Origin: Nitrospirota bacterium
Lineage (GTDB): Bacteria > Nitrospirota > Thermodesulfovibrionia > Thermodesulfovibrionales > UBA9159
Length of the DNA stretch: 64,000 nucleotides
Direction of reading: 5' to 3'
NCBI GenBank assembly: GCA_963699545.1
Contig: CAVOUE010000005.1
Span: 96,001-160,000, forward strand
Shown here one piece after another: positions 10,980-21,901 of the stretch. The position numbers were made by a program, and so were the translations under genes. Each line of letters begins with the position of its first letter. Positions within the stretch are counted from its first letter, which is position 1. The notes below the pieces were generated by a model. It ran no database searches and had not been told where the DNA came from. It was given only the letters and a program-made list of their open reading frames with translations.

Positions 10980-13390
10980 TCACTGGTAAAGCAAGTATCG
11001 TTCCCTCACCTCAAGAAATGCCCGGAGGCGTTCCTGCCAGTGATCGACGATGGAGGTAGGATCCTGCTTCTCCCTGATAGCCTCGAAAATCCGGCGTGAC
11101 GCGATAAGACCCCTGGTCTTCTCAAGAAGGAAATCCTTCGGATAGAGCCGGTACAGGGCAGAGATGATCTCTATGCCGAGAAGTGGGGCGTCCAGCGCCT
11201 GACGGTCCAGAAGGATGATCTGTACACCGTGACACGTTATGTTCTTGTAGCGACTGTCTGAGGGTCTGAAGTCCGCTGAAAGAAAGCGTACCCCCTTGAT
11301 CGTGCGCTTGTTGAGGTACGCCGCCAGCTTTTTACCGTTGATCCAGGGAGCCCCCAGGAGTTCGAAGGGCGCGTCCGTTCCCCGGCCCACGCTCACATTG
11401 GAACCTTCCACCAAAGCCACCCCGGGGTAAAGAGCAGCCTGATTGAGACTTCTTATGTTCGGTGAAGGGTTCACCCATAGTAACCCTGTGTCGTCATACC
11501 AGTCGCCGCGCTCATACCCCCGCATTCTGATGATCTGAAGCTTCGCGTCCATTTTGTTTTCTGCATTGAACATCCCTGCCAGTTCTCCAACCGTCATGCC
11601 GTGCCTGACAGGCACAGGGAAATAGGCGGTGAAGGATTTCTGGTCATCGTCCGGAAGGAACCCCTGAACAAGGGTCGCGCCGATGGGGTTGGGTCTGTCC
11701 AGCACGTAGAATGATATTCCCTTCCCTGCAGCGGCTTCCATGGCATATCCCAGCGTGCTGATATAGGTGTAAAACCGTGCGCCGGCATCCTGGATGTCAA
11801 AGACAAGGGCATCAAGGCCTTCCAGCATTTTGTCTGTGGGGCGCTTCACCTCGCCGTAAAGGCTGTAAACAGGAAGGCCCGTAACGGCGTCCACCGAGGA
11901 AGAGACCCTGGCATCCTCTCTGCCGGAGAGTCCGTGTTCGGGGTTGAAGACCGCCTTGAGCTTTACCCCCGGCGCCTCATAAAGAACGTCAATGGTCCGC
12001 TTTCCTGCGGAGTCAATGCCCGAATGGTTTGTAATGAGCCCTACAGACAGGCCTTTCAACGTACCGAAGTCTTCCGATTGCAAAACGTCGATCCCGGTTT
12101 GCACCTTGCCGTTCCTCAAACCTTTGATGCGATGCCCGTTCGTGATCTCGGTATACCGTGCGAACGAACGCCTCTTTTCGGGCACATGCTCCGAGGAGAG
12201 GGCTCCGAGCTCGGCAGCAACAAAGGTGGCTATCTCTGACCTCAGGGGGGCTGCATTGCCCTTCCCATAAGGATGAAGTCTGCTGGTCAGGATGATAACG
12301 TAGGTTTTCGATTCGGGATCGATCCAGAGGGATGTTCCGGTAAATCCGGTATGGCCGAAAGAGCCCACAGGAAAAAGCGCGCCCCGGCAGGAGGAAAACG
12401 GAGAGTCTATGTCCCATCCCAGCCCGCGCACAATCGTTTTGCCGGGGGGAACTGCGGGGTGGTCATCTTTTTCACTGTGCTGGGACTCAAGATCCGTCCA
12501 TCCCCTGCCCTGCCGCCGTTAAGAACCATGCGGGCAAAGAGGGAAAGGTCGTCTGCCGTCGAAAAAAGTCCTGCATGCCCTGCCACGCCGCCCATTCTGC
12601 GGGCAGTGGGGTCGTGGACTTCTCCGTGAAGTGGCATTTCCTTCGACCCATTGCAGAATTCTGTGGGTGCGATACGTTCTCTTAATAGAGTTTCAGGGTT
12701 AAATGAGGTATCGTTCATCCCGAGAGGCCCGAAGATATGTCTTGCACAATACACCTCCAGGGGTTGACCTGAAATCCTCTGAACAAGTTCTCCCAGGATC
12801 ATAAAGTTAATGTCGCTGTACGTAAAGCGGGTCCCGGGAGGTGAAACCGGTTTTTCAGCAATGATCCGCTTAAGGGCTTCTTTATGCCCCGACCATTTAT
12901 GCCTCATGTCCAGATCAGGTCTGAGACCCGAATAATGGGTGAGGAGCTGCCGAACGGTGATCTGTTCTTTTCCTTTCCCCCTGAACGCCGGCCAGTATTT
13001 GACCACAGGCTTGTCCAGGAGCAACTTCCCCTCTTCCACCAGTTGCATCACCGCAGCGGTCGTCGCCACGATCTTTGTGAGGGAGGAGATATCAAAGATG
13101 GTGTCGGGGGTCATCGGGATATTTTCCGGTACCAGGGAGCGATGTCCGAACGCCTCACGGTAGATAACGCCGTCCCGATTGCCGACCAGCACGACTGCAC
13201 CGGGTATCTGATTGTCATGCATGGCCTTCTCTACGATTCCTGAGATAGCTGACATCCGTTCCGGGTCAAGAGGAAGATGGGGAAGATCCTCAGCGTAAGA
13301 GGTAAAAGGCGCCATAAGCAGACATGAGACCACCGACAGAACGACGACTCTTGCAGCTCTATTCATTGTCTTTCTCATCTCTTCAGGCAT
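10980..13390 (-). CDS. Exported fusion of a beta-lactamase-family serine hydrolase and a DUF1343/NamZ-like exo-beta-N-acetylmuramidase (indel ~12445)
   Basis: SSLTK, LLTHYSG, YSD, GHAGLFS and GHTGFTGT motifs, followed by TN.SG, PEHG, FDIQD.G.RFYTY, DRPNP, RHGMT, PSPN and GRGT motifs. Confidence 0.9.
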
Positions 13391-14686
13391 TCACTTTGCA
13401 CTCTGGTCCCTCTGCTGACCGTTCTTCTTCTTGAGACCTTCATCAGAATATGCATTGCGGGGATTCCAGAGCATCCAACCGTGGGAGCCGAATTTTTCAG
13501 CAGCATCGATCTGGTCCCGTATTTCCCTGCCGGTGAAGTGCCTGCGGTCAAAGGCATAGTCCCTGAATGCCTGCAGCCATGGTCTGAAGCGTACCGGGGA
13601 AACGCGGGTCCGTTCCCCAGCCTTCTTCAAGGTGAGATAGATGATTTCATGAGGGTGTGCCACAGGGTTGCGGTATCCCGGTATGCCGTATTGAAACCCT
13701 GACGGATAGAGCATGGGAGACATATATTCAAGGAGGGGGGCAAGGTCTTCGAGCCTCTGGCCGATCATAGTATCGTTGAGATTCCAGAAGACATAACCGA
13801 AGATGTCAGCAGCGAGGAAGACGTTGTACGGCATAAGCCTCTTTTTCGCTTCCCTGAGGAACTCCGAGATGGAATGCACCCGGTTTTCCTCTGTATTCGG
13901 CACAGAGAAGCTGAGCCCTTTTGTATCGGGGAAGCGCACGTAATCAAACTGTATCTCATCAAAGCCGTACTGGGCCGCTTCCACGGCGATATCAATATTG
14001 TAATCCCATACCTCTTTCCGGGAAGGGTCTACCCAGGCAAGACCTTCCTTGTCACGCCATATCCCCCCTCCCGGTGCTTTTATTGCCAGCTCCGGTTTGG
14101 CGACGGCAAGGGGATTATCCTTAAAGACCACGATCCGGGCGATGAGGTAGATGCCCCTCTCCTTCAGCGACCGTACAAGGCCTTTCATGTCCCTTACCGT
14201 AATGACCTTCTGGGCCCCTATATCAGCGGCAAGGGGTATGGAACTCCTGTAAGGGATAATGCCCCGGTCGCCCTTCACATCGATGACCAGGGCATTCAGC
14301 TCGGTCTCCTCGATCAGTTTCAGGGCAGAGTCCCGGAGGATTCTGCTCCCTATCCCGTATACGGTAAGGTAGAGGGCTTTGGGCGTGAAGGGTATCAGAT
14401 TTATCTGGAGAGGCGCTGAGAAAAGACCGGAAGAGACAGCCTGTTCAGCCCTCCGGTATCCGTATGCTTTCGCCGCAACTTTGACCCCTGCGTCCTTCAT
14501 CGTAAACATTCCTTTTTCATCGGTCATTGCCGCTTCATTGCCTGAAGTGACAATCGCTCCCATCACCGGCAATTTAGTGTAATAATCGACCACCTTTCCT
14601 TTGGTGTAGCCCATCGCAAGCCCGGGCATCATAAGGGAAAGAAACGTGCAAAGAGCTATTGCAAAGCATTTGTGTGTTCCGGTCAT
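13391..14686 (-). CDS. Exported putative glycoside hydrolase (DUF4015) with N-terminal carboxypeptidase-regulatory-like domain
   Basis: TELNALVIDVKGD.G, IARIVVFKD, GFDEIQFDYVRFPD, SPMLYPS, RPWLQAF, WMLWN. Confidence 0.85.
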   Translation of the reverse strand: MTGTHKCFAIALCTFLSLMMPGLAMGYTKGKVVDYYTKLPVMGAIVTSGNEAAMTDEKGMFTMKDAGVKVAAKAYGYRRAEQAVSSGLFSAPLQINLIPFTPKALYLTVYGIGSRILRDSALKLIEETELNALVIDVKGDRGIIPYRSSIPLAADIGAQKVITVRDMKGLVRSLKERGIYLIARIVVFKDNPLAVAKPELAIKAPGGGIWRDKEGLAWVDPSRKEVWDYNIDIAVEAAQYGFDEIQFDYVRFPDTKGLSFSVPNTEENRVHSISEFLREAKKRLMPYNVFLAADIFGYVFWNLNDTMIGQRLEDLAPLLEYMSPMLYPSGFQYGIPGYRNPVAHPHEIIYLTLKKAGERTRVSPVRFRPWLQAFRDYAFDRRHFTGREIRDQIDAAEKFGSHGWMLWNPRNAYSDEGLKKKNGQQRDQSAK

Positions 14687-14707
14687 ATTCGTGCAGATGT
14701 CCTTTCC

Positions 14708-15619
14708 TCAGTAAATGAGTTTTCTTTGAGGAGCGTTTCCCCTCAGAAACATTTCAAAGACCTTTCCCTTGTCCGCGTTCACCATTATGTAACGGGGAAG
14801 TGTCATCAGGTTATCTTTTGCACCGGCATGATGCCTCTCTATGGTAAATGCCGCGATATATCCATCAGCCTTCGCCTTAATGATCAGATCTTCGTCATAA
14901 ATGCCGAAGGGCCATGCCAGCATGTCCACCTTTACTCCAAGTTCCTTCTCCAGTTTCTCCCTGGATTTCTTCAACTGCATATCCACTGATTTTTCGTATT
15001 CAGCGAGGCTCATCCGTTTCCTGTCCTTCTTGAAGTTCGGGTGCCAGTACGAGTGGGACTGGATATCGAACAACCCCGACTTCTTCAACTCACGGAGCTG
15101 GTCCCATGTCATGGCGTAGGAGGCGTTGGATATGGCAGAAGGATATATGAAAAGCGTCACCGGGATCCCGTACTGTTTCACCAAGGGGAACATGTCCGTA
15201 TAGACTGTCTTGTGACCGTCGTCAGCTGCGATTACCACTGAGCGGGGCGGAGGAGGCGGTCCTTTTCTGAGAAAATGATCCACAAGCTGCCTGAGGGGTA
15301 TCACGGTATAGCCACTTTCCTTCAGGTATTTCAGATGTGATTCAAAGACAGATGTGGTGACGGTCATGCTGTCCGCGACCACAGGACCGAAACGGTGATA
15401 GAGGAGGATCGGGACCTGTACCTCGCGGAGTCCTTCTTTTCCATTGTGGATTTCTCCCGCTGCCAGGGAGAAAATAATCAGGAAGATGAAGAGGGAAAGA
15501 ACAAGCAGCCCCTCTTTTCCGAAAAGCGTTATCCCCTTGAAACGTGGTGCGCTGCTGCACTGCACGCAACTGCGAACGCCACAGAATTCCATAGCCTTCT
15601 TAGAATAGCGTTTCTTCAT
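14708..15619 (-). CDS. Polysaccharide deacetylase (CE4, IcaB/PgaB-like)
   Basis: PILLYH, DDG, QSHSYWH, LAWPFG and LPR motifs; N-terminal hydrophobic segment; start uncertain. Confidence 0.9.
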   Translation of the reverse strand: MKKRYSKKAMEFCGVRSCVQCSSAPRFKGITLFGKEGLLVLSLFIFLIIFSLAAGEIHNGKEGLREVQVPILLYHRFGPVVADSMTVTTSVFESHLKYLKESGYTVIPLRQLVDHFLRKGPPPPPRSVVIAADDGHKTVYTDMFPLVKQYGIPVTLFIYPSAISNASYAMTWDQLRELKKSGLFDIQSHSYWHPNFKKDRKRMSLAEYEKSVDMQLKKSREKLEKELGVKVDMLAWPFGIYDEDLIIKAKADGYIAAFTIERHHAGAKDNLMTLPRYIMVNADKGKVFEMFLRGNAPQRKLIY

Positions 15620-15901
15620 AACTTCATATACTATAATACAAATTGATGACTTGATGCAGCACCGATGTGGATGACGATGGCACATATTCATGGAAAGTAG
15701 CATGGATGGCGTTTGCCACACATTGTCCCTGTCGAACACGGGCCGTCAGGGCCTCTCCCTTCACGGTCTCCCTGGTTGTTCCTGTGTCCCTCATCTGGAG
15801 GCGGTTTTTTACAGACCCTGATGCCTTCCAGACTTGACAAAGAATGCAGATTCAGTGGAGCATATCCCGTGCAAAATCTTTCCCGGCATTCAAACGAAGA
15901 C

Positions 15902-16822
15902 GTGATCATGATACCGCCTTTCGAGGATTCCCACATGCATTTTACTATTGAGGGAACGCCTGCATCGACAGAAGAACTCAAAGAGGTAATGGATACCTGC
16001 AAACGATACGGGATCTTTTCGCTTAAGGACATGGGTCATAAAAGCGGGGCCGGTCTTAATGCGAAGAAGGACGCGCGAAGAGGGGTATCGGTGAAGTCAG
16101 CCGGATACGCCCTTTTCAAGAAAGGAGGATACGGAACATTCCTGGGCAAGGGGGTCGGAGGGAAGGAAGAGATCATAAGGACTGTCCGGGAGATTGCTGA
16201 TACGGGAGCGGACTTCATCAAGGTGATAAACTCCGGGATCGTTTCCACAAAAGGTGACGTGCCAATTACCGAAGGCGGTTTCTCACCGGAAGAGCTGAAG
16301 ATAATCACCGAGGAAGCACAGAAAAGGAACCGTGAAGTGGCGTGCCACGCCAACTCCGACACCGCGATAAGAAATGCTGTTGAAGCCGGCGTCTCGTCCA
16401 TAGAACACGGATTTTTTGTCTCCGGGGAGACTCTCCACATGATGGCAGAGTCAGGGACGGCATGGACGCCCACTGTCTATGCCCTGTGGACTCTGGCATC
16501 CCTCAAAGAGCCGCCGGAAAGAGCATATGTGCAGAAAGTCGTGGAAGATCACCTGGCGTCTTTACACTATGCTGCCTCGATCGGGGTAAGACTGCGTGTG
16601 GGTACCGACAGCGGATCAAGGGGAGTGGGACACGGGAAAGCCTTTTTCGATGAAATGCGCATGTGGGAGAAGGCCGGCCTTGCCTTGGAGCAGATCCTTT
16701 CCGCTGCATGCATGGACAAAGAGGAGATTGAAAAAAGGAATTACCTGGTGGTCGGGAAGGACTTTGTGTCGCGAGGAAAGGTTGATGCAGTCTACCAAGA
16801 AGGAGTCGGGGTGAATCCCTGA
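15902..16822 (+). CDS. Amidohydrolase family protein (compact, prolidase-like subgroup A); start uncertain
   Basis: DSHMH, GADFIKV, HAN, SIEHG and GTDSG metal-ligand motifs. Confidence 0.85.
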   Translation: MIMIPPFEDSHMHFTIEGTPASTEELKEVMDTCKRYGIFSLKDMGHKSGAGLNAKKDARRGVSVKSAGYALFKKGGYGTFLGKGVGGKEEIIRTVREIADTGADFIKVINSGIVSTKGDVPITEGGFSPEELKIITEEAQKRNREVACHANSDTAIRNAVEAGVSSIEHGFFVSGETLHMMAESGTAWTPTVYALWTLASLKEPPERAYVQKVVEDHLASLHYAASIGVRLRVGTDSGSRGVGHGKAFFDEMRMWEKAGLALEQILSAACMDKEEIEKRNYLVVGKDFVSRGKVDAVYQEGVGVNP

Positions 16823-16926
16823 AGTCCTCAGCATGGAAGGGACGGAAAAGGGAAGCGTGCGAGAATCGGTATCTGCCCGGTATCCGTTCCTGTTTCCCGG
16901 GGATACGGGGCAAGGTATAATAGTCC

Positions 16927-17910
16927 ATGCTGACGATTGGCCCCCTAACGTTGCCCGCCCCGTGTATCCTCGCTCCCATGGCAGGGATATCAGACCTGCC
17001 CTTCCGTGTGATCAACCGGGCCTTTGGATGTACGTTTGCTTTTGCCGAGATGATCAGTGCCCGGTCCCTTGTCTTTGAGAGCAAGAACACCAGGAGGATG
17101 CTGACCACGGACCCGCAGGACAGCCCGCTGGGTGTCCAACTGCTGGGAAATGACTCAGGGGTGATGCTCAAGGCGCTGGAAATGCTCAGGAACCTTCCCC
17201 TGCACCTGATAGACATTAATGCCGCCTGCCCGGTGACCAAGGTGACGAAAAAGGGAGAGGGGGCTGCCATGCTCAGGGAACCTCGCAGACTGGGGCAGCT
17301 CCTGAGAGTGCTTGTGGAGAATACAGAACTCCCTGTCACGGTGAAGATCCGTTCGGGGTGGGATGAAGACTCCATAAACGCGGCAGAGGTGGCGCTCCAC
17401 GCCCAGGACGCCGGGATAAGCGCTCTCTTCATCCATGGGAGGACAAGAGCGCAGGGATACCGGGGCAGAGTGGATTACAGCATCATCAGGGAAGTGAAAG
17501 AACTTCTGAGGATACCGGTCATCGCAAGTGGTGATACCTTTTCTGCAGAACTCATAAAAAAAATGTTTGACGAGACCGGATGTGACGGGGTAACCATTGC
17601 CCGCGGCGCTCTGGGAAACCCCTGGTTATTCAGAGAAGCCGCAGAATATCTTGCATCAGGCATGCTTCTCCCGAAGCCCGGCATCAGTAAGGTCATGGAG
17701 GTCATGACAAAGCACCTGAATCTCTGTTGCGACCATCATGGAGAAAGGGCCGGCACAGTGCTCTTCAGGAAATTCTTCTGCTGGTATGTTAAGGGAATTC
17801 CGGATTCCAACCTCCTCAAGGCGAAGGCCTTCCGTGCTGAAACGAAAAGCCAGATGCTGGATATAATCGAGGAGTTACGGCCCCGAAACGGCTGCCGGTC
17901 AGGTACATGA
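16927..17910 (+). CDS. dusB: tRNA-dihydrouridine synthase B
   Basis: LAPMAGISD.PFR, IDIN.ACP, TVKIRSGWD, HGRTR.Q.Y, RGALGNPW. Confidence 0.95.
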   Translation: MLTIGPLTLPAPCILAPMAGISDLPFRVINRAFGCTFAFAEMISARSLVFESKNTRRMLTTDPQDSPLGVQLLGNDSGVMLKALEMLRNLPLHLIDINAACPVTKVTKKGEGAAMLREPRRLGQLLRVLVENTELPVTVKIRSGWDEDSINAAEVALHAQDAGISALFIHGRTRAQGYRGRVDYSIIREVKELLRIPVIASGDTFSAELIKKMFDETGCDGVTIARGALGNPWLFREAAEYLASGMLLPKPGISKVMEVMTKHLNLCCDHHGERAGTVLFRKFFCWYVKGIPDSNLLKAKAFRAETKSQMLDIIEELRPRNGCRSGT

Positions 17911-17912
17911 CC

Positions 17913-18497
17913 TTACAATATCCTTATGCCGAATTTCTTGAGGGCGTCTGCGACCGCGCTCAGGGGGAGGCCCACGGCATTATGATAATCTCCCTCGATC
18001 TTTCTGATGAGGGCGGCGCCCAGCCCTTGAATGGCGTATGCCCCGGCTTTATCAAGGGGTTCTTTTGAACGGATATAGCTGTCAAGTTCCCGCGGAGCCA
18101 TCTTCCTGAAATAGACCTTTGTCTCCACTGACCGTGTCAATCTCTTCTTTGTCACGGTGTCCATAATGGTGAAGCCGGTGATCACCGAATGCGCCTTGCC
18201 ATTCAGCGTCCTGAGAATTCTCCCTGCTTCCGCAGCCGTGTGCGGTTTCCCGAATATCCTTCCCTTAAAGACGATAAAGGTGTCCGCTGCAATAATGATC
18301 GAATTCTTGTGCCGGGAGGCCACGGATGCCGCCTTCTGACGCGAAAGACGCCTTGCCAGCGCACGAGGGGATACCGCAGGATCCATCGCCTCATCAGACT
18401 CACACGCATCAACCCTGAAGGCCAGACCTGTTTTTGCAAGGATCTCTTTTCTCCGGGGGGAAGCAGATGCCAGGACCAGGGTCTTCACCTCACGCAT
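17913..18497 (-). CDS. maf: Maf-family nucleotide pyrophosphatase
   Basis: LASASPRR, ADT, GKP, DKAGAYAIQG, VGLP. Confidence 0.96.
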   Translation of the reverse strand: MREVKTLVLASASPRRKEILAKTGLAFRVDACESDEAMDPAVSPRALARRLSRQKAASVASRHKNSIIIAADTFIVFKGRIFGKPHTAAEAGRILRTLNGKAHSVITGFTIMDTVTKKRLTRSVETKVYFRKMAPRELDSYIRSKEPLDKAGAYAIQGLGAALIRKIEGDYHNAVGLPLSAVADALKKFGIRIL

Positions 18498-19656
18498 ACC
18501 GCCCCGCAACAAAACCCGAAGCCCATGCCCACTGCAGGTTGTACCCGCCCAGCTGACCGGTAACGTCAACGACCTCGCCCACGAAATAGAGACCGCTCAC
18601 TTTTTTCGCTTCCATGGTTTTTGATGAGAGCTCCTCCGTATCAACGCCTCCCAGGGTAACCTCCGCCTTCCTGTATCCTTCGGTCCCTTCCGGCACTATC
18701 TCCCAGTGGTGGAGCTGCTGAGCGATCGTTCTCAGTTCTTTCCCACTATACTGCACCATCGGTTTTGACGGCGCGTATCTCTCGCACCATATACGTGCAA
18801 AGCGGCGGGGCAGATAGACTGAGAGAAGGGTTCGCAGCCCGATGCCGCTCTCTTTTTTCGCCTCCAACATCTCGTAGGCGTCACGCTCCGGGAAGAGATT
18901 TATCCATATGGCCTGCCCCTTTTTCCAGTGCAACGAGACCTGAAGGATGGCAGGGCCGCTCAGTCCGCGGTGCGTGAAGAGGACGCTCCCGTGAAAAACC
19001 CTCTTGTCGCAGCTCACTGTTGCATCAAGGGAAATACCGCTGAGTTCCCGGAATATGCCCGTTGACCCTTCCCGGAGTGTGAACGGAACAAGGCCGGGTT
19101 CCAGAGGAGTGACCTTGAGGCCAAACTGTCTCGCAATGCGGTACCCCAGGTCAGACGCTCCCAGATCGGGATATGAGAGGCCCCCTGTAGCGACGACCAA
19201 TGAATCCGACTCTGCCGTCCCGCGGCCGGTTAAGAGGCGAAAAGCATTTTCTCTTCTTATCCCCGCGATTGTGCAGTTCAGCCATATCTCTACTCCAGCC
19301 TTCCTGCACTCCTCCTCGAGCATATGAACGATCGCGGCAGAGCTCGTCCCGCAAAAAAGTTGACCGGCTTCCCTCTCACAATACGTAAGAGAGTGTTCTT
19401 CGAGAAGGGAGATGAAATGCCGGGGGGTGAAACGGGCAAGCGCCGATTTGCAGAAATGGGCATTGCGGGAAACGTAGTGCTCATGACCCACGCTCAAGTT
19501 GGTAAAATTGCACCGGCCTCCTCCTGAGGCCCGTATCTTCTTCCCGATCTTTTCGGAGTGCTCCAGCACCAGGACCGAGCGGCCGCGCTTTCCCGCTTCT
19601 GCGGCGCACATGAGACCGGCGGCACCGGCGCCGATGATGATAACGTCCTTTTTCAT
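18490..19656 (-). CDS. HI0933/YhiN-family flavoprotein
   Basis: GAGAAG, KI..SGGGRCNFTN, ATGGLSYP, LFTH.GLSGP, T.GGV, GGYNLQWAW.SG. Confidence 0.95.
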   Translation of the reverse strand: MKKDVIIIGAGAAGLMCAAEAGKRGRSVLVLEHSEKIGKKIRASGGGRCNFTNLSVGHEHYVSRNAHFCKSALARFTPRHFISLLEEHSLTYCEREAGQLFCGTSSAAIVHMLEEECRKAGVEIWLNCTIAGIRRENAFRLLTGRGTAESDSLVVATGGLSYPDLGASDLGYRIARQFGLKVTPLEPGLVPFTLREGSTGIFRELSGISLDATVSCDKRVFHGSVLFTHRGLSGPAILQVSLHWKKGQAIWINLFPERDAYEMLEAKKESGIGLRTLLSVYLPRRFARIWCERYAPSKPMVQYSGKELRTIAQQLHHWEIVPEGTEGYRKAEVTLGGVDTEELSSKTMEAKKVSGLYFVGEVVDVTGQLGGYNLQWAWASGFVAGRYA

Positions 19657-19755
19657 ATCCCCCGATAGTATATCCGATTTCTCCCGGCAGACGCGTGACA
19701 CCGACCATGATTCATATCATACCCGTTTCCTGCAGGCGTTATAATAATACAAGGT

Positions 19756-20754
19756 ATGGTCGCTCAAAGGGCGTACATCAGGAAAGTAAGGTACGGGGTT
19801 CAGTTAGCGTTCCTCCTCTTCACCCTGTATGTGGGGTATCAGTTTTATCATTTCGTGTTGCACTTCAGGAGCCCGGGCTATCCGTTTGTGGAGAGGCCTT
19901 CCTCTGTGGACGCCTTTCTTCCCATATCTGGTCTGATGTCATTGAAATACTTCCTGTCCGCCGGAATTATAGAGCCCATTCATCCTGCGGCCTTTGTCAT
20001 GTTCGCTGCTATTCTCGCAGTGTCGTTGTTTATGAAAAAAGGATTCTGCGCCTGGATCTGTCCCGTGGGCACGCTCTCGCAGTATATCTGGATGGCGGGG
20101 AGGAAGCTCTGCGGCAGGAATTTCAGGATGGCAGACTATGCCGACACGGCATTCAGGTCCCTGAAATATATCCTCATGGCCCTTTTTCTTCTGCTCATCG
20201 GGGTGTTGATGAAGCCGAACATGATGGTGCTGTTCTTCATGACCGATTATTACGTGACCGCTGATGTGAGGACGATGAATGTCTTTACTGAAATGACCGC
20301 CGTCACCTTCTGGGTGCTCATTTCCCTGGGCGTTCTTTCCCTCCTCTACAAGAATTTCTGGTGCAGGTACCTCTGTCCCTACGGTGCTCTCCTCGGACTT
20401 CTGAGCCGCTTCGGGCCTGTGAAGATCGCGCGGAACGCAGAGAAGTGCATACACTGCCGTTCCTGCACCAGGGCATGCCCTTCCCTCGTTGAGGTGGAGG
20501 GGAAAGAGGTGGTGCATTCTCCCGAATGCTTCGGCTGTCTCACCTGTGTCAGCTCCTGTCCGTCGCCGGGAGCCCTTGACGTCTCGCTGAAGATTGGGAA
20601 AAGCCGCAGGGTTCTGAAGCCGTATCTCTATCCGGTGGCCCTGATCCTGTTCTTTTATCTCGTTATCGGGGCTGGGATGGCGGCCGGAAAATGGCAGTCC
20701 GGGATCCCCTACGAAGAATACAAAAGAATCATCCCCGAAATTTACAAGAAATAG
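19756..20754 (+). CDS. Membrane 4Fe-4S binding protein (NapH/YccM-like)
   Basis: FCAWICP.G and WCRYLCPYG motifs, two ferredoxin motifs, multiple TM helices. Confidence 0.9.
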   Translation: MVAQRAYIRKVRYGVQLAFLLFTLYVGYQFYHFVLHFRSPGYPFVERPSSVDAFLPISGLMSLKYFLSAGIIEPIHPAAFVMFAAILAVSLFMKKGFCAWICPVGTLSQYIWMAGRKLCGRNFRMADYADTAFRSLKYILMALFLLLIGVLMKPNMMVLFFMTDYYVTADVRTMNVFTEMTAVTFWVLISLGVLSLLYKNFWCRYLCPYGALLGLLSRFGPVKIARNAEKCIHCRSCTRACPSLVEVEGKEVVHSPECFGCLTCVSSCPSPGALDVSLKIGKSRRVLKPYLYPVALILFFYLVIGAGMAAGKWQSGIPYEEYKRIIPEIYKK

Positions 20755-20903
20755 CTGACCCGCAACATCTTCGCGACCCGTGTGCCTCACCGTATAACCA
20801 GGTGAACCCGTCGCAATGCAGACATGGTCCCCCCCCAAATCATGCGGTGAAACTCCGCATTGCATCCCTTAAGGGGAATCTGGTATATTCAACAAACATT
20901 CAT

Positions 20904-21901
20904 ATGAGCTATATTGCGGTCATAGGGGCGGGAAGCTGGGGGACCACCCTGGCATGCCTTCTTGCAGAAAAAGAATATGACGTTCTCCCTCTGGGTCAAT
21001 GAGGAAGACCTCTGCACAGAGATGAGAACCACGAGGATCAACAGCCTCTATCTCCCCGGATTCCCCATTCCCGACCATGTCCTCATCAGCGGGAACGTCC
21101 GGGAGGTGGTCGAAAAGGCCAGATACGTACTCAATGTAGTTCCGACCCAGTACGCACGGGCTGTTTCTGGAGCATGCCCTCCCTCATATCAGTCCTGACG
21201 CAGTCATCGTTAATGCTTCAAAAGGGATAGAGAAAAAGACCCTCCTCACCGTTTCGTCCATTATCAGAGAGTTATCAAACCACAGGGTCGCCGTTATTTC
21301 GGGCCCGAGCTTTGCCCATGAAGTCTGTCGCAGGCTTCCCACGGCTGTCACCCTTGCGTGCGAAGATGTGGGGACATCGTTGCTGTTACAGGAGATCTTC
21401 AACACCCCCTCTTTCAGGGTATACACCCACGATGATATCCTCGGGGTCGAACTGGGAGGCGCTCTGAAGAATGTCATTGCGATCGCCTCGGGCATCTCGG
21501 ACGGGCTCGGACTTGGCCATAACGCGAGGGCCGCACTCCTCACGAGGGGGCTGGCTGAACTGGAGAGGCTCGGGACCGCCATGGGTGCCCGGGAACACAC
21601 GTTTTCAGGCTTGAGCGGCCTCGGAGATCTCATCCTTACATGCACGGCGTTCCTTTCGAGAAATTATACTTTGGGCACGAAGCTTGCCCAGGGCTTGAAG
21701 CTGAACGATATCCTGTCTCAGTCAAAGAGCGTCGTGGAAGGTGTGGCAACCGCCGAATCTGCGTATGAGCTTTCGCAAAAATACGCTGTCCAGATGCCCT
21801 TTGTGGAACAGGTCTACAGGGTCCTTTATGAAGGCAAAGACCCCGGAGTTGCCGTTATCGAGTTGATGAACCGGGCGCTCAAGACAGAATTCCATGCATA
21901 G
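20904..21901 (+). CDS. gpsA: NAD(P)H-dependent glycerol-3-phosphate dehydrogenase (indels ~20985 and ~21166)
   Basis: GAGSWGT, N..YLP, SKGIE, SGPSFA.EV, GALKNVIAIA.G, GLGDLILTC, SRN, EGV.T, spread over three frames. Confidence 0.95.
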
